Source of the DNA: an uncultured Ruminococcus sp.
GTDB lineage: Bacteria; Bacillota; Clostridia; Oscillospirales; Ruminococcaceae
DNA length: 64,000 nt
Direction of reading: 5' to 3'
Assembly: GCF_937915125.1 (NCBI RefSeq)
Contig: NZ_CALDMP010000076.1
Location: forward strand, 3,529-67,528
The notes under the pieces: model-generated
The model's database searches: none
Told to the model about the DNA's origin: nothing
The model's input: the letters and a program-made list of their open reading frames with translations, nothing else
Shown here: piece by piece, positions 49,180 through 58,166 of the stretch
How positions within the stretch are numbered: the stretch's first letter is position 1
How the letters are laid out: the number at the start of each line of letters is the position of its first letter
Program-made: the position numbers and the translations under genes

Positions 49180-51945
49180 TTATGAGATGATCTCCACCCG
49201 GCTGCCGCCGGTGCGGTCTTTTGTGACAATGATCTGCTTGTCCACCTTTTCTTTCAGTTCCGACACATGAGAAATAATTCCCACCAACCGGTTCTGGGTA
49301 GCAAGTCCCGTGAGGGCACGGATGGCTTGCTCCAGCGCATCCTCATCCAGTGCGCCGAATCCCTCGTCCACAAACATGGTATCCAGCTGTATGCCGCCGG
49401 CACTGGACTGGATCTCATCTGACAACCCCAACGCCAGGGACAGGGATGCCTGGAATGCCTCGCCGCCGGAAAGTGTCTTGACGCTGCGCTCCGAACCGTT
49501 GTAGTGGTCAATGACATCCAGATCCAGACCGCTCTGGCTGCGCATATTCCCAGCCGAAGTCCGGCGTTTCAGTTCGTACTGGTTGCCGGACATGATCATA
49601 AGCCGTGTGTTGGCACGCATGAGAATCCGGTCGAACTGGGTCATCTGCACAAATGTTTCCAGCATGATCTTTTCCTTGCCGCCCAGGGTGCCGTTTGCCG
49701 TATCCGCCAGTGCACCGATCTGCATGATCTGCTGCTCCAGTTCCGTACACTGCGCCGCCTGTGCCTGAATTTGTTCCAGAGCATGGCGGTTGGTGTGCAG
49801 CCGGAAGTGCAGATGCTTCTGGTTTTCCTCCAGAGTACGCCGTTTTTCTTCCAGTTCCTGCACCGTTTTTTGCACTTCTTCCGGCACAATTGGCTCCGCT
49901 TCGTCCAACTGCTTTTGCAGCGCCTGAATCTGTCCGTCCAGGGTGTGGATCTGGTCGGCGATCCTCTGGTATTGCTTTCCGGCATTGTCCTGCGCCGCCT
50001 GCAATTGTTCATATGTTTTCTTCAGAGCAGCCGCTGCCTGTTCCGCTTCGGCACGGCTGGTGTAAGTGAGAGAACTGCGCAGCTGCTCTACGGCTAGCTT
50101 TTCATTTTCCAGTTCCGTTTGCAGCCGGATAACCTGTGGCTCTGATGCAGCGCATTTCTGTTGCAGCTGTGCCAACTGAGCCTCCTGTTCGGGAATCTGC
50201 CGGGAGAGAATGGTTTTCCGTTCCATGCGACCCTGTTCCAGCTGCATTTCCTGTTCCAGCCGGGTGCGCTCTGCCTGTATCGCAGTCTGCTTCTGGAATA
50301 CCGCTGCCGACAAATCGTCGGGAACAGGTGTTCCCAATAGTGCCGCTGCCATCTGGGTAACTTGCTGCGCCAGGGCTTCCTCTGTACCCCGGAGTCGTCC
50401 TGCTTCTGCACTTGCCTCTGCCGCCTGCTGCTGTGCCCGGTCACTCTTTTCCCGGAGCCGCTGCAATTCCGCTTCGCTGGGCGCCTGTGCCGAAGTGCTT
50501 GCCGGATGCGGATGGGATGTGGCACCGCATACGGGACAGGGAACGCCGTCCTGCAAAGATGCAGCGAGAATACCTGCCTGTTCATCCAGAAACGCACGGT
50601 TCTGGATGGTGAATTCCTCCCGGAGTGCCTGTGCTTTTCCGGATTTCTTCACGTAATCGTCCTGTGCTTTTGCCAGTTCTGCTGCCGCAGTCTGACGGGA
50701 CTGTATTTCCTGGCGCAGATTTTCCAACCGCTCCAGCTGTTCTGCGGCACTCTGATACCGAGCATTGTATTTTTCGTACTGGGTGCCGACTTCTGCAAGA
50801 GCTTCCAGTTCCCCACGGGCAAGGGTCAGCTTCTGCTGCATCTGGGACTGCTGTGCTTTCAGCTGCTGTACCGTACTTTCCAAGATCTGGAGCTGCCGCT
50901 GTTTTTCCCGGAATTGCCGGCTTTTCTGCTCCAATGTGTCATATTGGGGCAGCTGCTGGGTAATTTGTGTGATCTGTCCGGGAATGGCGGCGTTTTTCTC
51001 CAGTGCCTGCTGTGCCGCTTGCAATTTCGCCTGTTGCTGCGCCTGCTTTTCCAGAAGCTGACGGCGTTCATAGATGCCGGCACGCCGGGCAGTTTGCACC
51101 TGCTCCAGTTCCTTTGCCCGTGTCAGCTGCGCAATGGCTTTTGCATGATCTTTTTGCAGGGCATCCGCCTGTTGTTTCAGCGCAGCTTGTGCCGCCTGGT
51201 CGGTCTGGAGCATACAGGTGATCAGTTCCATTGCCTCACTCAGGGGCAGACTATCCTGCTGTGCCAGCACAAGAGTTGCCGCCTGTGCCGGATCCTCCGG
51301 GGGCTGTACCTGCTGCAAATACTGTCCCATGGCACGTTTGCATTCCTGGTACCGGGACTGCAAAGCGCTGTGTGCACTGCGAAGCCGTTCCTGTAATTTC
51401 TGATAGCGTCCGGTCTGGAAGATCTGGCGGAAGATGCTTTTTCGCTCTTCGGTAGATGCCAGGAGAAGTTTCAGGAAATCTCCCTGTGCGATCATGGCAA
51501 TCTGGGTGAACTGACTGCGATCGATGCCCATGATCTCCCGGACAGCGGCAGTGACTTCCCTTGTCTTGGTAACCACACGACCGTCCGGATATTCCAGAAC
51601 GGCATCGGCTTTTTCCACGGTAGTACCGCCGCCGCGCTTTGCCGGGCGGAGATATTCCGGGTTGCGGCGGATGCGGTACTGCTTGCCGCTATAGAGAAAT
51701 TCCAGTTCTACAAAAGTCGGCGTTTCCGGCAGGGCATATTTGGAACGCATCATGGAGCTTTCCCGGTTTTCGCCGCTGGCTTCGCCATAGAGTGCAAAGG
51801 TAATGGCGTCAAAAATAGTGGTCTTTCCGGCACCGGTATCCCCGGTAATGAGATAGAGTCCGTGGGTGCCCAGCTGTTCCAATTCCAGCTGAATTTCTCC
51901 CGCATAGGGACCGAATGCGGACATGGTCAGGCGAATGGGTCTCAT
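49180..51945 (-). CDS. sbcC: SbcC (Rad50-like) SMC ATPase
   Basis: GDTGAGKTT, IAQGDF, coiled coil with CPVCG zinc hook, LSGGE, DEGFGALD. Confidence 0.95.
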   Translation of the reverse strand: MRPIRLTMSAFGPYAGEIQLELEQLGTHGLYLITGDTGAGKTTIFDAITFALYGEASGENRESSMMRSKYALPETPTFVELEFLYSGKQYRIRRNPEYLRPAKRGGGTTVEKADAVLEYPDGRVVTKTREVTAAVREIMGIDRSQFTQIAMIAQGDFLKLLLASTEERKSIFRQIFQTGRYQKLQERLRSAHSALQSRYQECKRAMGQYLQQVQPPEDPAQAATLVLAQQDSLPLSEAMELITCMLQTDQAAQAALKQQADALQKDHAKAIAQLTRAKELEQVQTARRAGIYERRQLLEKQAQQQAKLQAAQQALEKNAAIPGQITQITQQLPQYDTLEQKSRQFREKQRQLQILESTVQQLKAQQSQMQQKLTLARGELEALAEVGTQYEKYNARYQSAAEQLERLENLRQEIQSRQTAAAELAKAQDDYVKKSGKAQALREEFTIQNRAFLDEQAGILAASLQDGVPCPVCGATSHPHPASTSAQAPSEAELQRLREKSDRAQQQAAEASAEAGRLRGTEEALAQQVTQMAAALLGTPVPDDLSAAVFQKQTAIQAERTRLEQEMQLEQGRMERKTILSRQIPEQEAQLAQLQQKCAASEPQVIRLQTELENEKLAVEQLRSSLTYTSRAEAEQAAAALKKTYEQLQAAQDNAGKQYQRIADQIHTLDGQIQALQKQLDEAEPIVPEEVQKTVQELEEKRRTLEENQKHLHFRLHTNRHALEQIQAQAAQCTELEQQIMQIGALADTANGTLGGKEKIMLETFVQMTQFDRILMRANTRLMIMSGNQYELKRRTSAGNMRSQSGLDLDVIDHYNGSERSVKTLSGGEAFQASLSLALGLSDEIQSSAGGIQLDTMFVDEGFGALDEDALEQAIRALTGLATQNRLVGIISHVSELKEKVDKQIIVTKDRTGGSRVEIIS

Positions 51946-53081
51946 GCGTCTTCCTCCTCCCAGATCTCGTCAATAAGCTTTTTCAAAAATTTCTGCTGGC
52001 TATCGCTCATGGGCTGATTGTTCTGCTGTTCGTACAATGCGGCAAATAGGTCGAAGGGTTTCTGTTCCTGTGCATCGTCTGCACCGGTGATTTGCCGGCT
52101 GGTTCGGGTGCGCTGGTTGTCATAGTCCAGCTTCATGAGATTGGGGTAGATCATGCGCAGCTTGCCGATGGCATCGGGGACATCTTCTTCGTCAGTGAGG
52201 ACAATATGCAGATAATCCTCCGTATTGGTGTTTTCGTAGTTCTTTTTCTCCGTCAGTTCCAGATAGGTGCCACGAATCTCCCGCAGTGCCCGGAGCGGCT
52301 TTAGAGGGATCTCCCGGACGGAAACGCTGCCTTTTTCGCCCAGTTCCACTGCGGTAACAGATTTGGCATAGCCCATCTCCGACAGGGAATATTGCAGAGG
52401 CGAGCCACAGTAGCGGATGGTTTCGGAGTCGATGGACTGGGGGCGGTGAATATGTCCCAGGGCAGTATAGTCGAAGTCGGCAAAGAGGGCAGCGCTGACC
52501 TGGTCGGTGCCGCCGATCTCCCGTTCCTGGACTTCGCACAGGGAGGCTCCTGCCACAAACTGATGGGTCACCAGGACATTGCGCATCGTCTGATCCAGAG
52601 GAATGTGCGCCAGCACTGTGCGGACGGCATCCTCATAGTCGTTGATCTCCTCGTCAGAATAGCATGCACGGACGTGGGCAGGGCGGACAAAGGGCAGGAG
52701 ATAGCACCGCACTTCGCCGTACTTGTCATGGAGCGTAACAGGAGAAATCGTGCCGTCAAATACAGGGGCAATATAGACCCGGCTGCGCTGCATGAGGCTT
52801 GCACCGAAAGAAACACGCTCCGGGGAATCGTGGTTGCCGCTGATGAGCAGTACAGTCAGTTCCATGGCGGCGAGCCGGGAGAGAAATTCATCGAACAGCT
52901 GCACGGATTCTGCGGAGGGAATGGATTTGTCATAGACGTCTCCGGCGATGATCACAGCATCGGGCTGTTCCTGCCGCAGAATCTGGCAGATCTCTTCTAA
53001 TATGTAGCGCTGATCTTCCAGCAGAGAAATTTCGTTGAGCCGTTTTCCCAGATGGAGATCAGAGAGGTGGATGAGCTTCAT
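51942..53081 (-). CDS. sbcD: SbcD (Mre11-like) nuclease
   Basis: SDLHLG, AGDVYD, GNHDS, LGHIH, YCGSP; start MKLIH at 53081 after AAGGAGG. Confidence 0.95.
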   Translation of the reverse strand: MKLIHLSDLHLGKRLNEISLLEDQRYILEEICQILRQEQPDAVIIAGDVYDKSIPSAESVQLFDEFLSRLAAMELTVLLISGNHDSPERVSFGASLMQRSRVYIAPVFDGTISPVTLHDKYGEVRCYLLPFVRPAHVRACYSDEEINDYEDAVRTVLAHIPLDQTMRNVLVTHQFVAGASLCEVQEREIGGTDQVSAALFADFDYTALGHIHRPQSIDSETIRYCGSPLQYSLSEMGYAKSVTAVELGEKGSVSVREIPLKPLRALREIRGTYLELTEKKNYENTNTEDYLHIVLTDEEDVPDAIGKLRMIYPNLMKLDYDNQRTRTSRQITGADDAQEQKPFDLFAALYEQQNNQPMSDSQQKFLKKLIDEIWEEEDA

Positions 53082-53248
53082 GGGGAAACATCCTCCTTTT
53101 GAAAAAAGTTGAAAATTTAATTGTATTATACCATGAAGGAGAGAAAAAGGCAAGGGCAAGGAAATAAAATATATTGCCATAAAAAACAAACCGGACAGAA
53201 CGAAAAAAACTCCGCCTGTCCGGTTTTTTGATATCGTGGTGAAACCAT

Positions 53249-54313
53249 TCAGAATATACTGTTCCAATCCGGCGTTTTCCCCACAGAAGCCGCTGCATAA
53301 TAGCAGAGAATGCCATAGGCATCGTCACCGTTTATCATGCCGTCGCCGTTCACATCCCCGGCGCAGAACGCAGCCGCTTCGGCAAATTTATCAGCATCGG
53401 GTGCGGTGAGCTTTGCATCCGCTTTGCCCACGGACTGCTCTGCGTAGTAGGCAAGAACACGGTAGGCATCATCTGCATTGACAGCACCGTCACTGTCGAT
53501 ATCGCCGTAGGCGTCCGGGTCGGCAATGCGGGTGAGGGTATAGGTGGTGGGGGTTGTCTCAGATGCATCACGCACAATGCATTGCGGTATTGCACAGTGC
53601 ACCTTTTCCACCTGCTGTAAATCCTTGATCGTTTCAAAATACACTTTTGCTTGTTCCGCAGTTTCGCTCAATGAACCAGAAAAGCCGTTATTCACCTGAA
53701 CTTCATATACGGATTGAGTATCGTTTGCTGTCTCCATTGCATCTCCCACAGAAACCACTTCTGGAATCTGAGAAAAATCCTCCAGCGTCAGCTGTACGCC
53801 AGAATCCGTATAGACAGCAAAGCCGCCCAAACCAAAGCTTGTTGTCTGAGAAACAACGCTGTTCATCTGGTATACATGCAAAACGCCGTCTGTTTCATAC
53901 AATTTCTGTGGGTCAGCCACATCAGCCAGCACAACTGTATTTTCATCAAATTCCGAAAAGTCGAATGTCTGTTCTTCCCAAGGATGTATCTTAGTGACAT
54001 CAAAACCGTCCTGCCCTGCCGTTTCCAATGCAACGACATTCCAATCTTCCGGCGCAGACGTACCTTCTTCTAATGTAACAGCATAATAATCTGTTGTGCG
54101 CTCTTTCCAATAGAAGCAGTTATTGTCAGCGCTGATCGTCAGATAGTCATAATCAATATCGCCTATCTGAAACGTGATTGAATCTTCTGATTCCTCCACA
54201 ATAGCAGCCTTATCTCCGTAAGCAGCGGAAACAGGCACAGCTGAACCGAAGATGCAACAGAATGAAATCGCTGCGGCGAGTGTACTTGTAAAATACTTTC
54301 TTCCATTTTTCAT
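53249..54313 (-). CDS. Secreted protein of unknown function with C-terminal dockerin
   Basis: Signal peptide; YGDIDSDGAVNADDAY.VL.YYA...GDVNGDGMINGDDAY.IL.YYA. Confidence 0.85.
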   Translation of the reverse strand: MKNGRKYFTSTLAAAISFCCIFGSAVPVSAAYGDKAAIVEESEDSITFQIGDIDYDYLTISADNNCFYWKERTTDYYAVTLEEGTSAPEDWNVVALETAGQDGFDVTKIHPWEEQTFDFSEFDENTVVLADVADPQKLYETDGVLHVYQMNSVVSQTTSFGLGGFAVYTDSGVQLTLEDFSQIPEVVSVGDAMETANDTQSVYEVQVNNGFSGSLSETAEQAKVYFETIKDLQQVEKVHCAIPQCIVRDASETTPTTYTLTRIADPDAYGDIDSDGAVNADDAYRVLAYYAEQSVGKADAKLTAPDADKFAEAAAFCAGDVNGDGMINGDDAYGILCYYAAASVGKTPDWNSIF

Positions 54314-54487
54314 AAATATCACCTTTGTCCTTTCTGGATAATACGTCCGTCAAATTAAACAATTCTGTAAATAAAATCGTTTTTAAAAGTCAATCTCCCA
54401 AATTGACTTTCTATTTACATTATATCATTTTACATTTTGTTTGTCAACACTCAACATTAAAATTCGTTAACATGCACAAAAATCATC

Positions 54488-55480
54488 CTATTCCATTTCT
54501 ATCCGTTCCCGATGCAGATCCAGCCGCACTACAGTTCCCACGTCCACCTGAGAAGAAACTGTAATGGTATGATTCAGATTGCGGCAGATTCGGCGGCACA
54601 GATATAGCCCGATGCCGCTGGCTTTTTTATCGGTGCGCCCGTTATAGCCCGTGTAGCCTTTTTCAAAGATCCGGGGCAGATCTGCCGGCTCGATGCCGAT
54701 GCCCGTATCCCGGATGCAGAGGATCTGGGGCTGTTCCAAAAAAATAGTAATCGTACCGCCGGACGGTGTATATTTCAGCCCATTGGAAAGCACCTGTTCC
54801 AGCACAAACAGAAGCCACTTTTCATCCGTCAGCACGCTGCAATGAAGCGGTTCATATTCCAGCCGGATCTTCCGGGTGATAAACTGGGACGAAAACCGGC
54901 GCACTGCCTGGTGTACGATCTTGTCCAGGTCATATTCCGCAAAGAGATAATCCGTGGAATCCGAGTCCAGCCGCAGATAGCACAGCACCATTTCCACATA
55001 CTGTTCTACACGCTGGAGATCTTCCAGCAGCGCCCGGTTCTGGGGTGTATCCTCCGCCTGAAGATGGAGCCGCATGGCGGCAATGGGCGTTTTGATCTGA
55101 TGCACCCACGCCGTGTAATATTCCATCATCTCCCCATAACGCCCCTGCCAGTCCTGTTCCAGGCGCTGCCGCTGGCGGAACAGGTCATGCAGCAGGGTCT
55201 GATAGTCCTCCTCCAAAGTTGTGCACGCCTCCGGCAGATGCTCCAGGGTAATGTGCAGTTCCTGCTGGATCTGTTCCAGAATACGGTGTTTCTCCCGGAA
55301 GTGCAGATAGTCCCATACCAGAAGTGCCAGACAACAAACGCCGCTCAAAAGCGTTGCATAGCCCACCGCCATAAGCGGCAAGCGGTACAGATAAAATATG
55401 AGGCAGAATATGCCGCAGCAGAGAAGAAATACAGCAATGCTGCCCTTTTTTGTTTTGATGTAATTCCAGAATAAATGCAT
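54488..55480 (-). CDS. BceS/GraS-type intramembrane-sensing histidine kinase
   Basis: Two TM with a short loop, WVHQIKTP H-box, TD.KWL.F..EQ..SN..KYT, FEKGYTG.NGR. Confidence 0.93.
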   Translation of the reverse strand: MHLFWNYIKTKKGSIAVFLLCCGIFCLIFYLYRLPLMAVGYATLLSGVCCLALLVWDYLHFREKHRILEQIQQELHITLEHLPEACTTLEEDYQTLLHDLFRQRQRLEQDWQGRYGEMMEYYTAWVHQIKTPIAAMRLHLQAEDTPQNRALLEDLQRVEQYVEMVLCYLRLDSDSTDYLFAEYDLDKIVHQAVRRFSSQFITRKIRLEYEPLHCSVLTDEKWLLFVLEQVLSNGLKYTPSGGTITIFLEQPQILCIRDTGIGIEPADLPRIFEKGYTGYNGRTDKKASGIGLYLCRRICRNLNHTITVSSQVDVGTVVRLDLHRERIEME

Positions 55481-55527
55481 AGGTTTCTCCTGTTCGGGGT
55501 GATTTTGGATAAGCAACATAAAAATGT

Positions 55528-55601
55528 TTCTTACCCCTTTTCAGAAAGGCTGGCGCAGCTGGATCAGCTTGATGAGCAGCCTTTGTGAAAATGGGTAAGA
55601 A
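55528..55601. repeat. Palindromic element family C
   Basis: Long stem TTCTTACCC.TTTTCA.AAAGGCTG...CAGCCTTT.TGAAAA.GGGTAAGAA; core matches 19011-19047 in reverse. Confidence 0.6.
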
Positions 55602-55632
55602 TTTTTTCTGCTATGACAATAATGATGCTTTA

Positions 55633-55820
55633 GGCAACACCGCACAGAGAGCGCCTGGCGGCTTTGCACGTCATATGCTTGCATATTTTCGTCATATTTC
55701 ACAAAAATGCTCGTGAATACACAAAGTATTCACTGCGCTTTTTGTTTCATCTGACGAAAAATCTGACATAGTTTATGCTCGTAGAGTACATCTGACGCAC
55801 AATCTTTGTGCGGTATTGCC
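55633..55820 (-). mobile_element. MITE family A, copy 3 (188 bp, with internal insertion)
   Basis: Same TIRs; 4-bp direct repeat TTTA; extra ATAGTTTATGCTCGTAGAGTA in place of GGCG. Confidence 0.88.
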
Positions 55821-55827
55821 TTTAAAC

Positions 55828-56499
55828 TCACTCCAAAAGATATCCCATGCCCACCTTGGTACGAATAAAATCATGCAGCCCTGCCTGATCCAGCTTTTTC
55901 CGCAGTCGGTTGACATTGACCGTCAGCGTGTTTTCATCCACAAAGCTATCCGTCTCCCAGAGCCGCTGCATCAGCGCTTCCCGGCTGACCACTTTCCCCT
56001 TGTGCTCCATGAGCATCTGCAAGATCCGATATTCATTTTTCGTCAGATCAATACGCTGCCCATGATAAGTCAGCACCGCATCGGCAGTGTTCAGCATTGC
56101 CTCCCGGTGTTCCAGCACAGAGACCTGTCCGCCGAAATCATAGGTGCGCCGCAGAAGTGCCTGGATCTTCGCCAGAAGCACATTCCAGTCAAAGGGCTTC
56201 GGGATAAAATCATCGCCGCCCATATGAATTGCCATGACCAGGTTCATATTGTCCGATGCTGAGGACAGGAACACAATGGGCACCTTGGACACCTGCCGGA
56301 TCTCCTGACACCAGTGATAGCCGTTATAACACGGCAGTGCAATGTCCATGAGCACCAGATGGGGTTGAAATGCGGAGAATTCCGCCAATACTTTCCGAAA
56401 ATTTTCCGCCACATGTACCTCAAAATCCCATTGCTCCAGCTGATGCCGCAGTGCATCGGCAATGCTGCGGTCATCCTCTACCAAAAAAATCCGATACAT
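55828..56499 (-). CDS. BceR/GraR-type OmpR-family response regulator
   Basis: VEDD, PHLVLMDI.LP..NGY.WC..IR..S..P, GGDDF..KPF, LT.NE, FVDENTLTVN..RLR. Confidence 0.94.
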   Translation of the reverse strand: MYRIFLVEDDRSIADALRHQLEQWDFEVHVAENFRKVLAEFSAFQPHLVLMDIALPCYNGYHWCQEIRQVSKVPIVFLSSASDNMNLVMAIHMGGDDFIPKPFDWNVLLAKIQALLRRTYDFGGQVSVLEHREAMLNTADAVLTYHGQRIDLTKNEYRILQMLMEHKGKVVSREALMQRLWETDSFVDENTLTVNVNRLRKKLDQAGLHDFIRTKVGMGYLLE

Positions 56500-56509
56500 A
56501 CTGTTCTCC

Positions 56510-57301
56510 TCAATCCCACCAGAAATACCACACCGTAGACTGCTCCAGCCCTTTCGCCAGCGCCGGAACAGACCCTACGCCCTGGTACACAATGTCTTCG
56601 CAAAACGCAAACTGTTCTCGGGCAAGTTCCACGGTTGCTTCGTTTCCCACCGGCTGGGGCACGTACATTTCCAGAGTATCATGCCCGATACAGCCCGGCA
56701 CTGCGCCGTATTTCTCGTACCAATGCTTGAGGACTGCCATGGCATCCTCCGGCATAGGGCAGGCATTCCAGCCGCCAAAGGGTACCCACGCCATCACTTC
56801 CCATGGATTTTTCGTGGGTATCTCCGCCAGAAGAACCGGCGCCTGTTGCAGCAGATTCATCCGCAGGGAAAGAAAGCGATGTGTAGCCTCCGCCTCTGCC
56901 GGCGCAGGTTCTGTCAGCACCTGCAATCCCTCCGGGGCATTGCTGCGCAGCTCCGTTTCCCATTGCATGAACGTCTGTTCCAGCCATGCTTTACCATCCA
57001 GCTGCGCCGGAATCTCCACATAACTCTGTCCCTCCGGCAGATTTTCCTCTATCGTTTCCAGCAGCAGATCATCACAGATAATCAGAACCGGCGTAAAGCC
57101 TTGCTGTTTTCCCCGTTCCAGTGCATCCTGGTATGCATCCCACATATCTTCCAGGTCAATGGGTTCCTCCACCTGGGGCAGTTCCGTCACAGGACATTGC
57201 AGCATAGCACCCATCTGCCGGGCAATGGTCAGCTCCGGCGATTCCATCGGAGACGGCTGAGGTTCTTCGTCTTTTTGAAACAGATTCTTGAAAAATGACA
57301 T
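56510..57301 (-). CDS. DUF4253-domain protein
   Basis: P...PWE..AW.PFGGWN.CP, W..KYGA, A.EQ..FC.D.V.QG, W.FWWD C-terminus. Confidence 0.85.
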   Translation of the reverse strand: MSFFKNLFQKDEEPQPSPMESPELTIARQMGAMLQCPVTELPQVEEPIDLEDMWDAYQDALERGKQQGFTPVLIICDDLLLETIEENLPEGQSYVEIPAQLDGKAWLEQTFMQWETELRSNAPEGLQVLTEPAPAEAEATHRFLSLRMNLLQQAPVLLAEIPTKNPWEVMAWVPFGGWNACPMPEDAMAVLKHWYEKYGAVPGCIGHDTLEMYVPQPVGNEATVELAREQFAFCEDIVYQGVGSVPALAKGLEQSTVWYFWWD

Positions 57302-57372
57302 GATAATTTCCTTTCTGGTTTTTTCGTTTATCAATACTTTCCCTGCGAGCGATCATTGGTCGCCCCTACAAA

Positions 57373-58044
57373 TTACCGCAAACGTTCCACGCCGCACACG
57401 GTCAGCACATCTCCCTGGACGGTGAACTTGATTTCCAGGTCAGCAAAGCGGAAGCCATACACACGTTCCGGGTCATGCTGATAGGAAGGGCGTGGATCCT
57501 GAGCGAGTACCTGGGTCAATCCCTCTTGCAAGCGGGGCGGCACCTGCTCCAGCCACACTGCCGGAAAGACCACCTCCAGCCCATGTGCCGCCGCATCCAC
57601 AGCAAAGCCGCCCTTTGCCTCGGGGTGGCTGTCAATATGGGGCAGATAGGGCTTGATATCATAAATTGGCGTGCCGTTCATAAGATCTGCGCCGGATACC
57701 ACCAGAAAGGGAGCCATATTCCCTTGGAGAACGATTTCATCCAGCTGCACCACAGAAAGCCCCATGGGATTGGGGCGAAATGGCGAGCGTGTGGCAAAGA
57801 CGCCCATCCGGGTATTGCCGCCCAGTCTTGGGGGACGGACGGTAGGCGACCAGTTTTCCCGGACAGCTTCGGAGAACTGCCAGATGATCCAGATATGGGA
57901 GAAGTCCTCCAGTCCCCGGAACGCATCGGGATTGCGGTAGGGCGGTTCAAACACGATCCGGGAGGGCAGCTGCACCAGACCGCTCTGCCGGGGAATGCCG
58001 AACTTTGTGGGAAAATCGTTTTCAATGTGGGCAATAATTTTCAT
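57373..58044 (-). CDS. tsaA: tRNA (N6-threonylcarbamoyladenosine(37)-N6)-methyltransferase TrmO
   Basis: KFGIPRQSG, TVRPPRLGGN, GVFATRSPFRPN, DIKPY, QDPRP. Confidence 0.93.
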   Translation of the reverse strand: MKIIAHIENDFPTKFGIPRQSGLVQLPSRIVFEPPYRNPDAFRGLEDFSHIWIIWQFSEAVRENWSPTVRPPRLGGNTRMGVFATRSPFRPNPMGLSVVQLDEIVLQGNMAPFLVVSGADLMNGTPIYDIKPYLPHIDSHPEAKGGFAVDAAAHGLEVVFPAVWLEQVPPRLQEGLTQVLAQDPRPSYQHDPERVYGFRFADLEIKFTVQGDVLTVCGVERLR

Positions 58045-58166
58045 GGGGTGCTCCTTTCTGGTGAGTTTATTTCATCATAGCACATTTTCGGGGAAATGTC
58101 CAGCAGACAGAAAAAGAGCGCACCGGATCGGCACGCTCTTTGGGTGGATTTGGTTGTGATGATTGG

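Noticed and set aside
46190..53248. Invertible segment bounded by the two convergent dockerin genes
   Set aside because: Nucleotide identity between the dockerin ends is only patchy and no recombinase is present
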